Shown: piece after piece, positions 36,560-50,642 of the stretch
Numbering within the stretch: the first letter of the stretch is position 1
Layout: the number at the start of each line of letters is the position of its first letter
NCBI GenBank assembly: GCA_951406725.2
Contig: OX597815.1
Coordinates: 1,984,001-2,048,000, forward strand
Direction: 5' to 3'
DNA length: 64,000 bases
Source: Octopus vulgaris
Taxonomy: Eukaryota
Notes under the pieces: generated by a model
What the model saw: only the letters and a program-made list of their open reading frames with translations
What the model was told of the DNA's origin: nothing
Database searches by the model: none
Program-made: the position numbers and the translations under genes

Positions 36560-38450
36560 GAGTTTATAAATTCTTGTCAAGCATGTAATGGTTTTCGCGG
36601 GATTCTTTTTTGCTTGTTTTGTCGAGACTTATAAGGAACCCTTCAGGGTTTGCTGCTGAGTTTAGGCTCATTTCATCTATGGCTGTTATTACTCTTCTTC
36701 CTGATGTACATCGATGCCATTGACGGCTGTCTGTTTTCTAGGAAGAGATAGTGTATCGATGAACTCGGTTTATTTCTTTGTATGTGTCGCAGAGGGCTGT
36801 TGACACCACTTTTCAAACGTGCATTCAATATTTTATTCACCTTTTTGGAGTAGGCAGTCTTTTAGCAATTTTCTTTGAACAACGGCCCATTTTTCATAAT
36901 TTACTGAAGTTTGTGTACCGAAAGAACTGAATGTAATAATGTACTGAAATTTGTGACTTTATACAAAACTTTTGGGTTCTCTTTTATTTCCGGAAACCTT
37001 GCTTTCTCTCATTCGTCCCTTCTGTTCACGGCAGTGTTTCAGTTAGTTCTCCATTTCTAAGTGTCTCCTGCCTGACAGTGATCTTCCGCTCTCCTTTAGT
37101 TGTTCAAATGACTTGAGATCTTTACTCATCGTCAGATCAGAATTTTTCTGCGCAGGATGAAGGCACGCAAGAATAGTTTGATGTATACGCCCAAATTGGG
37201 GATCGCTTCAGTTTAGCTCACAGATTTTTTAATTATCTTTTTTTTTAACTAAACAGTTTGGAACTTCGTATACTGATGTAATTTCTCACGCTGAATACGG
37301 TTTACTTTCAACATTTTTGACAAAATTTTGTATTTTAGAAGTTATTTCGTACTAATGTTGTCGTATTTGGGTAATTTTAATCAATGAATGAGGTGTACTC
37401 AGCCGAAGAAAGGCTGCTGCTGTTTGCGACACGCTTTAAAATATCCTTTACCTTTCGATCGCCTCTTTATACATTTGCTTGTGTTAATTTTGTGATTATA
37501 TTTACCAATCTGTTGTATATTATTTTTGTTTACTGCCTGTGTTGCATACTACGCAGTTTATTTGCTTTTCGACCGCCTCTTTGTACATTTGCATTTTCAC
37601 CACTTGTACAAAGAAGCGCTCAAAAAGCAAAAACAAAAAACCACAATAAAAAGCAAAGCGTGTAATATGCAACACAGGCAGTAAACAAAAATAAGATAGA
37701 ACAAATTGGTGACATTTAGTAGAGATGACCCAGAAGTTGTTGCGCTTTGATCTCTATAGCAAACAGCAGTAGCTTTCTTTAAGCGAATACACGTCGTTGA
37801 CTGTTTGAAATTATTCAAGTACGACAAATGTAACAGGAAATAAATTCTAAAATACGAACTTTTGTCAAAATATTGAAAGCAAACCGTGTTCAGCGTGAGA
37901 AATTACACCAGTATACGAAGTTTAAAACTGTTTAGTTAAATATACTAATAATAAAAAAAAATCTGTGAGCTAAACACAAGAGGTCCCAAATTGGATAATG
38001 CTTCCGTACACTTTTCAAATTTACTATCATGATTTGAGGCATCTGGGAGTGGCATGTTGTACATATAACTAATTAAACCTAGTTCCTTTATTAGTAAGTC
38101 AAACCATGGAGATAGAGCGTGACAACTGAACTAAAGGTGTGATCTCTTCGCGGAATGTACACGGCAAACCCACTCTGGCTTTTGTTTGTTTTTGTGCCAG
38201 CTCGAAAAATGCATATTTCGGTCTGCATATTTCTGAATCCATTATGTTTGCTGTGAGCTATCATTCTGTAGGTACCCGAGTGCCTGCCTTTCAATCATTT
38301 GCAGTGGCCTTCTACACAGGAGACCCCACACATCTGTCTCTATCTAATGTAGAAAGCTCAGCTACTGCTCTGTTTTCTCTGCCATATTTAAAATTAATTA
38401 GTTGTATCTCGGGAGGGTCATTATGTCATTAATAACTACACTGGTTCTAT
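36560..38450 (-). mobile_element. Highly degenerate LINE relic (endonuclease/pre-RT region), interrupted by the foldback MITE
   Basis: Minus-strand peptide ITAIDEMSLNSAANPEGFLI resembles the AIDELxxxSAAGPDG pre-RT motif. The extent is poorly defined. Confidence 0.35.
37198..37987. mobile_element. Foldback MITE of 790 bp with long TIRs and 5-bp TSD
   Basis: GGGATCGCTTCAGTTTAGCTCACAG.. and ..CTGTGAGCTAAACACAAGAGGTCCC. Imperfect arms of about 230 bp plus an inner inverted pair 37501-37570/37648-37712. AAATT at both flanks. Confidence 0.88.
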
Positions 38451-39344
38451 TTCACTTCTTCGTATTTTATTAGTCAATCGATAGTTTGATTAACCATTCG
38501 GTAAATCAGTCAGTTACCTATGCTTGTTAAAGTCCGTTCGTCGCCATCCGTGACCTCATCAGTGATTTCTTGCCCTCCCTGTACCATGTCTGCTCGATGG
38601 CAGAGGAGCGCTGTGCGTACAGGAGTTATTGTAGAGTTACATTTGTCGCAGCTAATGGCAAATACATAAATGCATTTTTTTTAACTTTTGATTCATGCAA
38701 TGCTGTGCAAAATACACACTCTCACACACACACGCGCGGACACACACATCCATACATACACGCACGTACGCACACACACACACACATACACATTCACACA
38801 CACACGCACACACACACACACGCACGCACACAAGTGCACAAACACAGGCGTGTGTGTATGTATGCCTTTATATATCTTCAATATGGCTGTCCGTTCGAAC
38901 GGACTCAATTGCGATATTTTAATCCCAACTCTATAGCTGGTTAACGATGCAGAGCTGTATCCGATAAATTGCGAGAAGGGGATCGAACCCCTAACACATT
39001 TTAGCGACGGGACCAGCAGACCAATCCTGGTTTCGGTCTATTTCTGCCATTCTTCAGTATTGGACACCTCGTCTGCGAGAGATGCCAGTAGAAGCGAGCT
39101 ACATACATACATACATACATACATACATACATACATACATACATACATACATACATACATACATACATACACACATACATACATACATACATACATACAT
39201 ACATACATACATACATACATACACACACACATACATACATACCGGAGTAAGCATATAAAGGTGAAACAAGGTGGAGAAAATAGTACTCGAATACCGGAGG
39301 TAGAGTAGATAATTTTTTGTGATATTTTTGTGATATTTTTGCAT

Positions 39345-39476
39345 CTTTGCTTATCAACCACATGGTTCCAGGTTCAGTCCCCCTGCGTGGCACCATGGAC
39401 AAGTGTCTTCTACTATATCATCAGGCCGACCGAAGTCTTGTGAGTGGATTTGATTGATAGAAACTGAAAGCCTGTC

Positions 39477-39525
<49 letters not shown>

Positions 39526-39798
39526 AAAAAATATGTGAATTACAGGGTATGTGAATTACAGGGTCTGTCATGCCCGGAGTCCAACTTTGATAGAAATAAG
39601 CATTCTTGACTGCTATTTCTATTTTTTCGGTATGCGGTCAAGCAACCTGTTTTGCCTGTCCCTTTTTCTTATATACAATATATATACTGAACTTTACAGA
39701 AGTTCCTGCCGGTAATCGGCTATATTTACATACCGAATTCTACCAGTAAATAATTGGGTTTTTTTTAAAAGCCTTTATAGAAATTATTTACTCTTATC

Positions 39799-39839
<41 letters not shown>

Positions 39840-39945
39840 GTGTGTGTGTGTGTATGTGTGTATGTGTGTATGTGTGTATGTGGGTGTGTGTATGTTTGTC
39901 CCTCCACCAACATCGCTTGACAACCGATACTGGTGTGTTTACAGA
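39345..39945 (+). mobile_element. SINE family A fragments split by (TA)n and an inserted segment
   Basis: Head and core at 39345-39480, mid part at 39880-39941. Confidence 0.7.
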
Positions 39946-40345
39946 TTTCAATATAGAGTGTCCTAGCTACAACATCATGTCTCATCGGTTGATAATACCG
40001 TGATGACATTTTCGGACGACTGCTCATGGTGCAGGTGATATCTTCGGTGTGACTTCCACAAAGTCGGCATCAGTCATCACGTTTTACGGCTCTTCCTGCA
40101 TCTCCATCCCTTTTGTGCATCAGGTACTGGGTTGATATTTCCTGTTCCTGGATTGCAAACGCATACCCTTCAAAGTGGGAGGTAGTAGTCCGGATATTGG
40201 TCCGTGATAAACTGCTTTGATGATTGATGTTAAAAATCATCCAGGAGCTTTCTACTAACAGATCCATGCATTGTCTTCTGCTCATATCGGCTCATCCTTT
40301 CATCTCGTGATACGTTGCGATAGAGTCGTGCGGCTTATTTGGGCA
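39945..40345 (-). mobile_element. R4/Dong-like internal fragment (pre-zinc-knuckle/CCHC)
   Basis: SHFEGYAFAIQEQEIST..PKMSSRYYQPMRHDVVARTLY, paralogous to 47590-47840. Confidence 0.8.
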
Positions 40346-40370
40346 TTAATTAAAGTTTAACGGACAAGGA

Positions 40371-40893
40371 GTGTATGTATGTATGTATGTATGTTTGTAT
40401 GTATGTGTGTATGTATGTATGTATGTTTGTATGTATGTATGTATGTATGTATGTGTGTATGTATGTATGTATGTATGTATGTGTGTATGTATGTATGTAT
40501 GTATGTATGTATGTATGTATGTATGTATGCATGTATGTATGTATGTATGTATGCATGTATGTTTGTATGTATGTATGTATGTATGTATGTATGCATGTAT
40601 GTTTGTATGTATGTATGTATGTATGTATGTATGTATGTATGTATGCATGTATGTTTGTATGTATGTATGTATGTATGTATGTATGCATGTATGTATGCAT
40701 GTATGTTTGTATGTATGTATGTATGTATGTATGTATGTATGCATGTATGTTTGTATGTATGTATGTATGTATGTATGTATGTATGTATGTATGCATGTAT
40801 GTATGCATGTATGTTTGTATGTATGTATGTATGTATGTATGTATGCATGTATGTTTGTATGTATGTATGTATGTATGTATGTATGTTTGTATG

Positions 40894-40927
<34 letters not shown>

Positions 40928-40977
40928 TGCATGTATGTTTGTATGTATGTATGTATGTATGTATGTATGTTTGTATG

Positions 40978-41009
<32 letters not shown>

Positions 41010-41203
41010 CATGTATGTTTGTATGTATGTATGTATGTTTGTATGTATGCATGTATGTTTGTATGTATGCATGTATGTATGTATGCATGCATACATGCAT
41101 GCATGCATGTATGTATGTATGCATGCATGCCTATATGTATATATGTATGTATGTACGTATGTATGTATGGGTGTGTGTATGTATGCAGGTATATATGTAT
41201 GTA
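40371..41203. repeat. (TATG)n array of about 830 bp with recurring GCAT/GTTT variants
   Basis: Direct inspection. Confidence 0.97.
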
Positions 41204-41752
41204 TCAAACGTATAGACATTTAAATGGTTAAGCTCACACCTTGTATATATATATATAATTAATTGAGAGACCGTAGTTAATCTGCGTATCGCCTTTTTTT
41301 TTAGTTCAGCCTATTTACGACGTTCAAATACATATATACCATAGATATACATTGATATATCTACTCGCAGACACCTAACCTGATAGTCTTCATTATCACA
41401 TCTAACATTTCGTAATCTGGTTCTGTTGTTTGTTTAGTGCTGCATCTTGTTCGTGCTGTGAAGTTTACCAATTCCAGGCTGAAACATTCCTGTTGATTGA
41501 TGCTGAGAGCCAAGTGAAGAATACAAACATTCTTTGTTATTCCTTATCTTCTAGTGACATTCTTTTGTTCTTTATTCCTCTTTACAGCTGCTGTCAGTCA
41601 TTGAACTGCGGCCATGCTGGGGCATCGTCATTACATTTAGTCGAGACCATCACCCCCCTCCCCTCCGCCCAAAATTTTATTTGTTCAGTTTTATACTTAT
41701 TATACACACACACACACACATACACACACACATACACACACACACACACATA

Positions 41753-42168
41753 TACTCTTTTACTCTTTTACTTGTTTCAGTCATTTGACTGCGGCCATGC
41801 TGGAGCACCGCCTTTAATCGAGCAACTCGACCCCAGGACTTATTCTTTTGTAAGCCCAGTACTTATTCTATCGGTCTCTTTTTGCCGAACCGCTAAGTGA
41901 CGGGGACGCAAACACACCAGCATCGGTTGTCAAGCGATGCTAGGGGGACAAACACAGACACACATACACATACACACACATACATATATATATATATATA
42001 TGTACATATATACGACAGGCTTCTTTCAGTTTCCGTCTACTAAATCCACTCACAAGGCATTGGTCGGCCTGGGGCTATAGTAGAAGACACTTGCCCAAGA
42101 TGCCACGCAGTGGGACTGAACCCGGAACCATGTGGTTGGTTAGCAAACTACTTACCACACAGCCACTC
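41753..42168 (-). mobile_element. SINE family A, full length
   Basis: Near-identical to 9836-10255 in reverse complement. Confidence 0.92.
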
Positions 42169-42562
42169 CACACATATCACTCCTGTGATATGTTCATTAT
42201 CACCAATAAATTTCCAGTCGTTTCTGTTGCAAACTCAAACGTTTTCGAGATCCGTCACCCCCACCCGTCACCATCACCACCACATGTTGTTGTTGTTGTT
42301 GTTACACTGTTTCACCCTTGCTAAAGCTTTTGTGGCTTTTGTTGCGTCCTCTCGCTCCCCTCCCCTACCTCTAACCCACGTCAGCAAAAATCCAGCCAGT
42401 CACAAGCCTTCAGCCGCACTCACAAACAACGCCCAGCAAATTACATGCAGCCGCTGACTTCATTGAATAGAACCAGGTCCCCAACACATTTTGAGATATT
42501 ATAAGAGAAAACTAAATGGGTTAAAAAAAGAAATAAATGTTATGATAGAATGTGTAAAGCGT

Positions 42563-42884
42563 GACTCTGCGTCGGTTACGTCAACGACTGTTTCAGTTGG
42601 GTTGATCTGCAGAACATCCTGCTCGTGAAATCTACACGCATGTGGCTGAGCACTCCACAGAGACGCGTACCCTTATCGTAGTTCTCAAGGAGATCCATCG
42701 TGATACAGAATGTGACAAGGCTGGCCCTTTGAATTGCAGGTACAACTCATTTTGGTCAGCTGAATTGACTGGAGCAAAGTGAAATAAAGTGTCTTGCTCA
42801 AGGACACAACACGCCGCCGGGAATTGAACTCACGACTTGACAATCGTGAACCAAATACTCTAACCACTAAGCCATACATCTTCA
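42563..42884 (-). mobile_element. SINE with D-type head/core and C-type tail
   Basis: GTTGTGTCCTTGAGCAAGACACTTTATTTCAC core followed by aaagggccagccttgtcac..gtaaccgacg tail. Confidence 0.75.
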
Positions 42885-43512
42885 CGATAAAATATGTGTT
42901 CTACAATGAAAGCCTGACGCATAGACGCTACTTCTGTGCATGATACTTTCCTTATTTCTGGTTTTAATTATAGTCAAAAGATCATCACGAAAGAATCTAT
43001 TATTGTTGCGTTAGAACAAACTTATTGGCCAAAAAGTGGTCAAGTTCATGTCATAGAAAGCTCCAAATTTGTCTTCATGACATAACATATATCTTTTATT
43101 TTAAGGAATTATTTAGTGTAGTTATGTTCATATGAGAGAAGGAGCCTATTTCTGTAACCCAAGATAATGTTGTGGTAGCAGAAATAGCTGAGGAAGGCGG
43201 CAAAAACGAGCCAAATCGAAAAAGAATAATACTGTCTGTCTTTGTCTCCAAATCTTTATACGTCGAGCAATAATTGGAAAAATAATTGGTTGAATACGGG
43301 GTGTGGCCTGATAGCCAGTTTGTAGAAGAGAGATAATCAGTTCAGGATAAATTTTGGCGCGATTGTAAGCGTGAATTTGAAATCGAAAGATTAGGAAGAA
43401 GGTGCATTGTTAGTTTCTACTTTATTTATTCATTTCAAAGGGCATAAAATTTCTGATTTTTTTTTTATTATCCACAAGGGGCGATGAAGGGCATAAAATT
43501 TCTACTCATGGA

Positions 43513-44150
43513 AGGCGCAGGTGTGGCTGTGTGATAAGAAGCTTGCTTCCCAACCACATAGTTCTGGGTTCAGTCCCAGAACTCAAAACTTTGTGAACGG
43601 ATTTGGTAGTCGGAAACCGGGAGAAGCGGCGAGCTGGCAGAGTGGTTAGCACGCCGGGCGAAATGCGTAGCCGTATTTCGTCTGTCGTTACGTTGTGAGT
43701 TCAAATTCCGCCGAGGTCACTTTGCCTTTCATCCTTTCGGGGCCGATAAATTAAGTACCAGTTACGCACTGGGGTCGATGTAATCGACTTAATACCTATG
43801 TCTGTCCTTGTTTGTCCCCTCTGTGTTTAGCCCCTTGTGGGTAATAAAGAAATAGGTATTTCATCTGCCGTTACATTCTGAGTTACGTTCTGGGCAATAA
43901 AGAAATAGGAAACCGGAAGAAGCCCATGTGTGTCTGTCTTTGAATTTGTATTTGTCTTCCACCTCCGTTTGACAATCGGTGTCGGTGGACTTACATTCCC
44001 ATAATTTAGCGGTTCGGCAAAAGAGACCGATAGAATAAGTAAAGGGCTTTAAAAAATAAGAACTGGGGCCGATTCATTCGATTAAAAATCCTTCAAGGCG
44101 GTGTCCCAGCTTGGCCGCAATCAAATGACTGAAGTAAGTGATAGGTGAAA
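43513..44150 (+). mobile_element. SINE family A (internally deleted), interrupted by SINE B
   Basis: Head at 43513, resumes at 43908, tail near 44140. Confidence 0.75.
43628..43907 (+). mobile_element. SINE family B with partial tandem 3' extension inside one TSD
   Basis: TSD ggaaaccggRagaagc at 43612-43627 and 43908-43923. After AAAGAAATAG the sequence restarts at GTATTTC. Confidence 0.88.
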
Positions 44151-44539
44151 GAAGAAAACGACAGGTAATCGTAGAGCGCCATTTCATTCTTATTCTAAAC
44201 CCTCAGCATGACAGAAATCGAGGCAAAATATTTTGAATGAAACATTTTATGAAGCGACGTATTTGTTGTGGATGGGATGTAATTACAGTTTGGAAGACTG
44301 AATAGGTCTAAATAAAAGGAATCTGAGACTGAAAACTGGGTCAAAATCGGCGAAATAAAAAAAAACATAAACAACGCTATGAAACAAAGGGGGATAAAAT
44401 TGGAGAGAGATCAGCAATAAATCTTGAAAGATTTTGTAAATGAACTTAAAAAGTGCAGAGAAAAGAGGCAGAGTTACACTGGTTCCAAATCCTGACCGGT
44501 TTGGCTTTTGTTCCAGTTTTTATTTTGATTCCCTCTACA

Positions 44540-45060
<521 letters not shown>

Positions 45061-45358
45061 GTGTGTTGATGTTGATGTTTTGATGGAGATAGCATTGCGC
45101 AAGTTAAAAATTATCTGAATTTCCAATAGTTTGAAAGTATGGATACGTAACCTATAGGGTGCCTACGTAAATTTGTTTCTTCATAGATTGAAAAAATAAT
45201 GAACAGCCTGAATCGATTACTAAATGATATTGAATTCTCATCGAATGCATTGACATCAATTCGACCAATTCCAGAGAACCAAGCAACCAATCTTGCGGAA
45301 AACGGGAGCTGCTAATTTGCATGGGCAGAGATTGAATTTTAAGTATTAAAAAAAAATC

Positions 45359-45765
45359 AGCAGGAGTGGCTGTGTGGTAAGTAGGTTGCTAACCAACCAC
45401 ATGGTTCCGGGTTCAGTCCCACTGCGTGGCATCTTGGGCAAGTGTCTTCTGCTATAGCCCCGGGCCGACCAATGCCTTGTGAGTGGATTTGGTAGACGGA
45501 AACTGAAAGAAACCCGTCATATATATGTATATGTATATATATGTGTGTGTGTGTTTATGTGTCTGTGTTTGTCCCCCTAGCATTGCTTGACGACCGATGC
45601 TGGTGTGTTTACGTCCCCGTCACTTAGCGGTTCGGCAAAAGAGACCGATAGAATAAGCACTGGGCTTACAAAGAATAAGTCCCGGGGTCGATTTGCTCGA
45701 CTAAAGGCGGTGCTCCAGCATGGCCGCAGTCAAATGACTGAACAAGTAAAAGAGAAGAAAGAGAG
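45359..45765 (+). mobile_element. SINE family A, full length
   Basis: Near-identical to 9836-10255. Confidence 0.92.
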
Positions 45766-46618
45766 AAATTGTGTCTTTGCAAATAACAAAACTGGTCTAA
45801 AGAGCAAGTTTACGTATAAAAGCAATCGTTTTCTATTCAAATATAATAAAAACTGTCAAGCTTTGTTGCAAATAAGATCATTGACACATAAATAGGCCAG
45901 GTTCAGCGCATTAAAGAGTATATTTCGTTGGTCGTTTCCAAAATAGGATTAATTTTTTAAAACGTTGGCCAAGAAATGTCTTCTCTGTTTATTTTTCTGC
46001 TAAAAAGTAAAAGTGAATCATATAAATAATTAATAATAAAAATGATAAAAATGATCGAATAACACCATTTTTAGGTCTGTGGATTTCTAAAGAAAAAAAA
46101 ACTTGGTGAAATACATTAAGACTTAATAAATTAATGGCTAAATTATTGCTAAATTATTTTATGAAAAATATTTCTTTTAAGATTTAAAACGATTTTGAAA
46201 ATGGTCATTAGCATTTGAATATCAAAGGAAGAAAAAATTCAAAATAATTCTACAAAATAATAAAAATTATGTAAAAATTATTCTTGGTTACTTTTTGTTA
46301 TTTTTTTGTGACTACTTTGTTACTTTTTAAAATCTTTTAACGAAAATGTTTACCGTTATTCTTGTCGTTTTGGTAGAAATTTCCTGGATGCAGCAAGGTT
46401 AGCAAAAGATTCGGCAAAGGAGCCACTAAATGCCATCGCAACGCTCAACGTTTAAGACACCAGGAAGCTGATCATGTGATGAATGTGTTATGATTGTGTT
46501 AAGCACATCAGGGACCCGATCCATGAGGAAATTCATGGTTTTCTGAAGCTGATACTTTGATGCTTGGTGTTACTATGGAGTCAGGTACATCTCAAACCTG
46601 ATCTGTGAGGTAGCTTAT

Positions 46619-46857
46619 AATACCTATTTCTTTACTACCAACAAGGGGTTAAACATAGAGAGGACAAACAAGGACAGACATAGGTATTAAGTCGACTACA
46701 TAGACCCCAGTGCGTAACTGGTACTTAATTTATCGACCCCGAAAGGATGAAAGGCAAAGTAGACCTCGGCGGAATTTGAACTCACAACGTAACGACGGAC
46801 GAAATACGGTTACGCATTTCGCCCAGCGTGCTAACAAATCTGCCAGCTCGTCGCCTT
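46619..46857 (-). mobile_element. SINE family B
   Basis: Full head, core and tail. The end carries the AAATAG|GTATT junction. Confidence 0.9.
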
Positions 46858-47074
46858 AGAAAGGAAGCTTAAACACCCTCAAGATGTTTCTTAGAATATG
46901 AACGTGACCAGACAGCCTCAGGTGGTCCTGTTCGATTTGTTGTACTGTTTTCTGGCTGGCGTCATTCAACCAATCAACGGCCGCCGTTTTGGCATTTTCT
47001 CCTTCGTCTCGGGTTCCTCATTCGCATTTCTACATAATATCTTTTTATCAATTACAAAGTCTACTTTTTGACTA

Positions 47075-47207
47075 TATCTTTTATCTTTTGTCTGTTTCAC
47101 TCATTAGACTGCGGCCAGAATTGACCTCAGTACTTATTTTAAGAGCCTGCAACTTATTATAACGGTGGTGGGGACAAACATAGACACAAAAGCACACACA
47201 TCGATAC

Positions 47208-47244
<37 letters not shown>

Positions 47245-47335
47245 TGTATGTATATACGACGAGTTTCTTTCAGTTTGCGTCTACCAAGCCTACTTACAAA
47301 ACTTGGTTGGCTTGGGGCTATATTAGGAGACACTA
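47075..47335 (-). mobile_element. SINE family A, degenerate and truncated
   Basis: Tail and core recognisable. Confidence 0.65.
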
Positions 47336-47479
47336 ATCCAAGTGTCGAAGTGCATCTCTTGACCAAGTTTGCCACACATGAGGTTGACAATATCAGAAGA
47401 CTTGGAAGGCAGCTCTTCCAGCAGCACGTTTTGTCTGATATCTTTAAGTACATTCCCAAAGAAGTCACACGACTCTACC

Positions 47480-48480
47480 GCAACGTATCATGAGATGAAA
47501 GGATGAGCTGATAAGAACAGAAGGCTATGCATGGTTATGATGGTAGAAAGCTCCGGGATGATAGTAACATTGTTCATCAAAGCAGTTTATCATGGACCAA
47601 CACCGGATTGCTATCTCTCACTTCGAAGGGTATATATTTGCAATTCAAGGACAGGAAATATCAACCAAAAATCTAATGCATAAAAGGGATAGAGATGCAG
47701 GAAAAACAGTAAAATGTGACAACCGATGCCGACTTTGTGGAGTTCACACTGAAGATATCACCCACATCATAATCAGTTATCCTAAAATGTCATCACGGTA
47801 TTATCAACCAACGAGACATGACGTAGCTAGGACACTCTAGAATGAAATCCTTTGGAAGGATAACCCCGAGGACAAAGAAATAAGAACCCACAATATGGCA
47901 GAAGCCATAATAAAAAGGAGTACTGGTGGAATGTCCCAGTGAAGACCTCAATAAAATGTTAGCACAACAGACCTGATATAAATATTTGGGATAGAGAAGA
48001 GAAACTGTGAACAGTTGTGGAAATTAGCTGCCCATCGGATGTTAACATAAAACTGAAGATCAGGGGAAAAGGGGACACCTATGCTGAACTATTGAGAAAT
48101 CTGCAGTTACTCTATCCAGATTACAAGTTCAGGTTTATACCTGTAATTATTGGGACCCTGGGGTATGTAGCACACTGCTTAAATACCAATCTTGAGAGAT
48201 TAGGCTTTTCAAAACCAGAAAGGAGAAAGCTAATTCGAAGACTACAGATCTAATTCATCACTGGAACTGTAAAAATCTATAAAACTTTGCAGAAGTTTAT
48301 CATTTAAATATATATGAGTATGGCTAGATGTGTAGCTATATGCAGGAGAATACATACATAAATGCATAAATGCATAAATGCATACATACATACATACATA
48401 CATACATACATACATACATACATACATACATACATACATACATACATACATACATACATACATACATACATACATACATA
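47480..48480 (+). mobile_element. R4/Dong-like non-LTR retrotransposon 3' fragment (CCHC knuckle plus REL endonuclease) ending in (TACA)n
   Basis: HFEGYIFAIQGQEI..CRLCGVHTEDITHII..RHDVA; HNRPDINIWD..VEISCP..KGDTY..PVIIGTLG. Stops and frameshifts present. Confidence 0.88.
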
Positions 48481-49438
48481 CTCACACACAAACACACGCA
48501 CACTCACATATATATGCACACATGGATATTTACATGCACTTACATGCGACTATCAATCGCCATGTGTCACAATTCTTCGGTTGATCAAGTTTTTGTGCAT
48601 AATATAAATAGCTTCATATGTGTTGGAAAGGAATTCCTCGGAAAATATCCCCATACTAATGATTTGAGATATGCACCCAAGGAAATTGTAAAACTCGGAC
48701 ACAACCAGTAGCATAGCATGGGTGGTCAGTGCCCGGAGCAAAGCAAGTATTGCAAAGAGGGTGCACTATTTTTTTTTTATTTATTGTTATCCTGCTATTC
48801 TTTTAAAAAAATTGTGTCCAGTTTAATCGTCCCTTTGTCCGCCACCCATGCTATACCATTGAGCGTAACAGAATATTGGACGACACTTATTCTATGACGT
48901 CAATTATTGTCAGGAAACTCAAGAGAGAGAGAGAGAGAGAGAGAGGAAGAGAGAGAGAGAAAGAGAGAGAGGGGGGGGGGGAGAGGAAGAGGGAGAGAGG
49001 GAGAGAGAGGGAGAGAGAGAGAAAGAGAGAGAACGTTGTCTAACTCGGACCAAAAACCGATGTATTAGCCCTTCAATTTGAAGGGTTGGTTTTTACAACC
49101 AAGGAATAACTGATGCAAAAAGAGGACATGGTCGCCTGTAAAATATATAGATGTAAACCAATGCAAAGTTTGTGGGATAAATGTGAATATGTAAGCAACA
49201 TCTTCAGCAGCGACCCGAAAATATCATTCGATGCTATCAACCAATGGTCGATGATTTTGTCCAAATTACAGTAAAATGCAATCTGTGAAAAAGGATAATC
49301 GCGAAGGTAAGAAATTGCAGCGATGTGAAAGCATGTTCGTTCTTAAGATGAAAGAATTCTGCTGGAACGTTCCTGTTAAAACCTCAGTAAAATCTTGACA
49401 TCAGAGACCCGAGCTAAGATCTGCGATATAGAGAATAA

Positions 49439-49852
49439 AGGCACAGGCGTGGCTGTGTGGTAAGAAGTTTGCTTTCAAACGACATGGTTCCAGGTTCAGC
49501 CCCATTGCGTGGCACCTTGGGAAAGTGTCTTCTACTGTAACCTCGGGCCGACCAAAGCCTTATGAGTGGATTTGGTTGACGGAAACTGAAAGAATCCTGT
49601 TGTAATGTGTGTGCGCGCGTGTGTGTATGTGTGTGTGTGTGTGTGTGTGTGCTTGTTCCCCGCCACAGCCCGACAACCGGTGTTCTTGTGTTTACTTCTC
49701 CATAACTTAGCGGTTCGGCATAAGATAGAATAAGTACCAGGTTTTTAAAAAATAGATAAGTACTGAGGTCTATTCGTTCGACTGAAACTTCTTCACGTGT
49801 TGCTCCAGCATGGCCGTAGTCTGATGGCTGAACCAAGTGAAAGAGAAAAGAT
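49439..49852 (+). mobile_element. SINE family A
   Basis: Head, core and tail match. Confidence 0.85.
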
Positions 49853-50432
49853 CAGTGGAAATCAGTTGTCCATCTGAGGTTAGCACGAAATCTCTCTGTC
49901 TCTCTCCCTCCCCCTCTCCCTTTCAATTCCTAGGCCGGGCGTCGCGCTGTGTTCTTGAGCAAAACACTTCACTTGGTTGCTCCAGTCTATTTAGGGGTCT
50001 AAATAGGTGACCCCGTGATGAAATAACTTTCCAATCAGGGGGAATGTTGGCCTGCTTGCCTAGCTAGTGGGGTGACATCATTCGACAGCTAAAACAATGC
50101 AAGTGTATTGTGACCAGCGATGTATAACAACATCCGATAATCTAGTCGATACTCGGACTATGACATCCGCATCCGACAGGCTTCCACGTGGTTCTACTTA
50201 ATAAAGTGAATTTGCAAAGCATTGATCAATACCCGTATATGTTAGAATATATTTATCTAAATTCTGTGCTGCGGGATCGAACCCAGAACCACTCAGTAGC
50301 CAAGTTTCTTTACTCCGCAACTACGCAGCCGGTTAATGCTGAGTGTAATTCTTAAGACAGCGATGGTTGTAAAAGACATCAGGTTCCGTTGAATTTATTG
50401 ATAAGTTAAAAGTATTCTGATGTACATTTCAA

Positions 50433-50642
50433 AGTTTCGGCACAAGGCCAGCAATTTCGGGGTGGGGTGGGGTTAAGTCGATTACATCGACCCCAGTAAT
50501 AAACTGGTACTTATTCTGTCGACCGCGAAAGGATGAAAGGCAAAGTTGACCTCAACGGAATTTGAACTCAGAACGTAAAGACGGACGAAATTCCACGAAG
50601 CATTTTGTCTGGCGTCATAACGATTCCGCCGGTTCTCCGCCC
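50433..50642 (-). mobile_element. SINE family B (variant tail)
   Basis: Core and head match. Confidence 0.8.
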
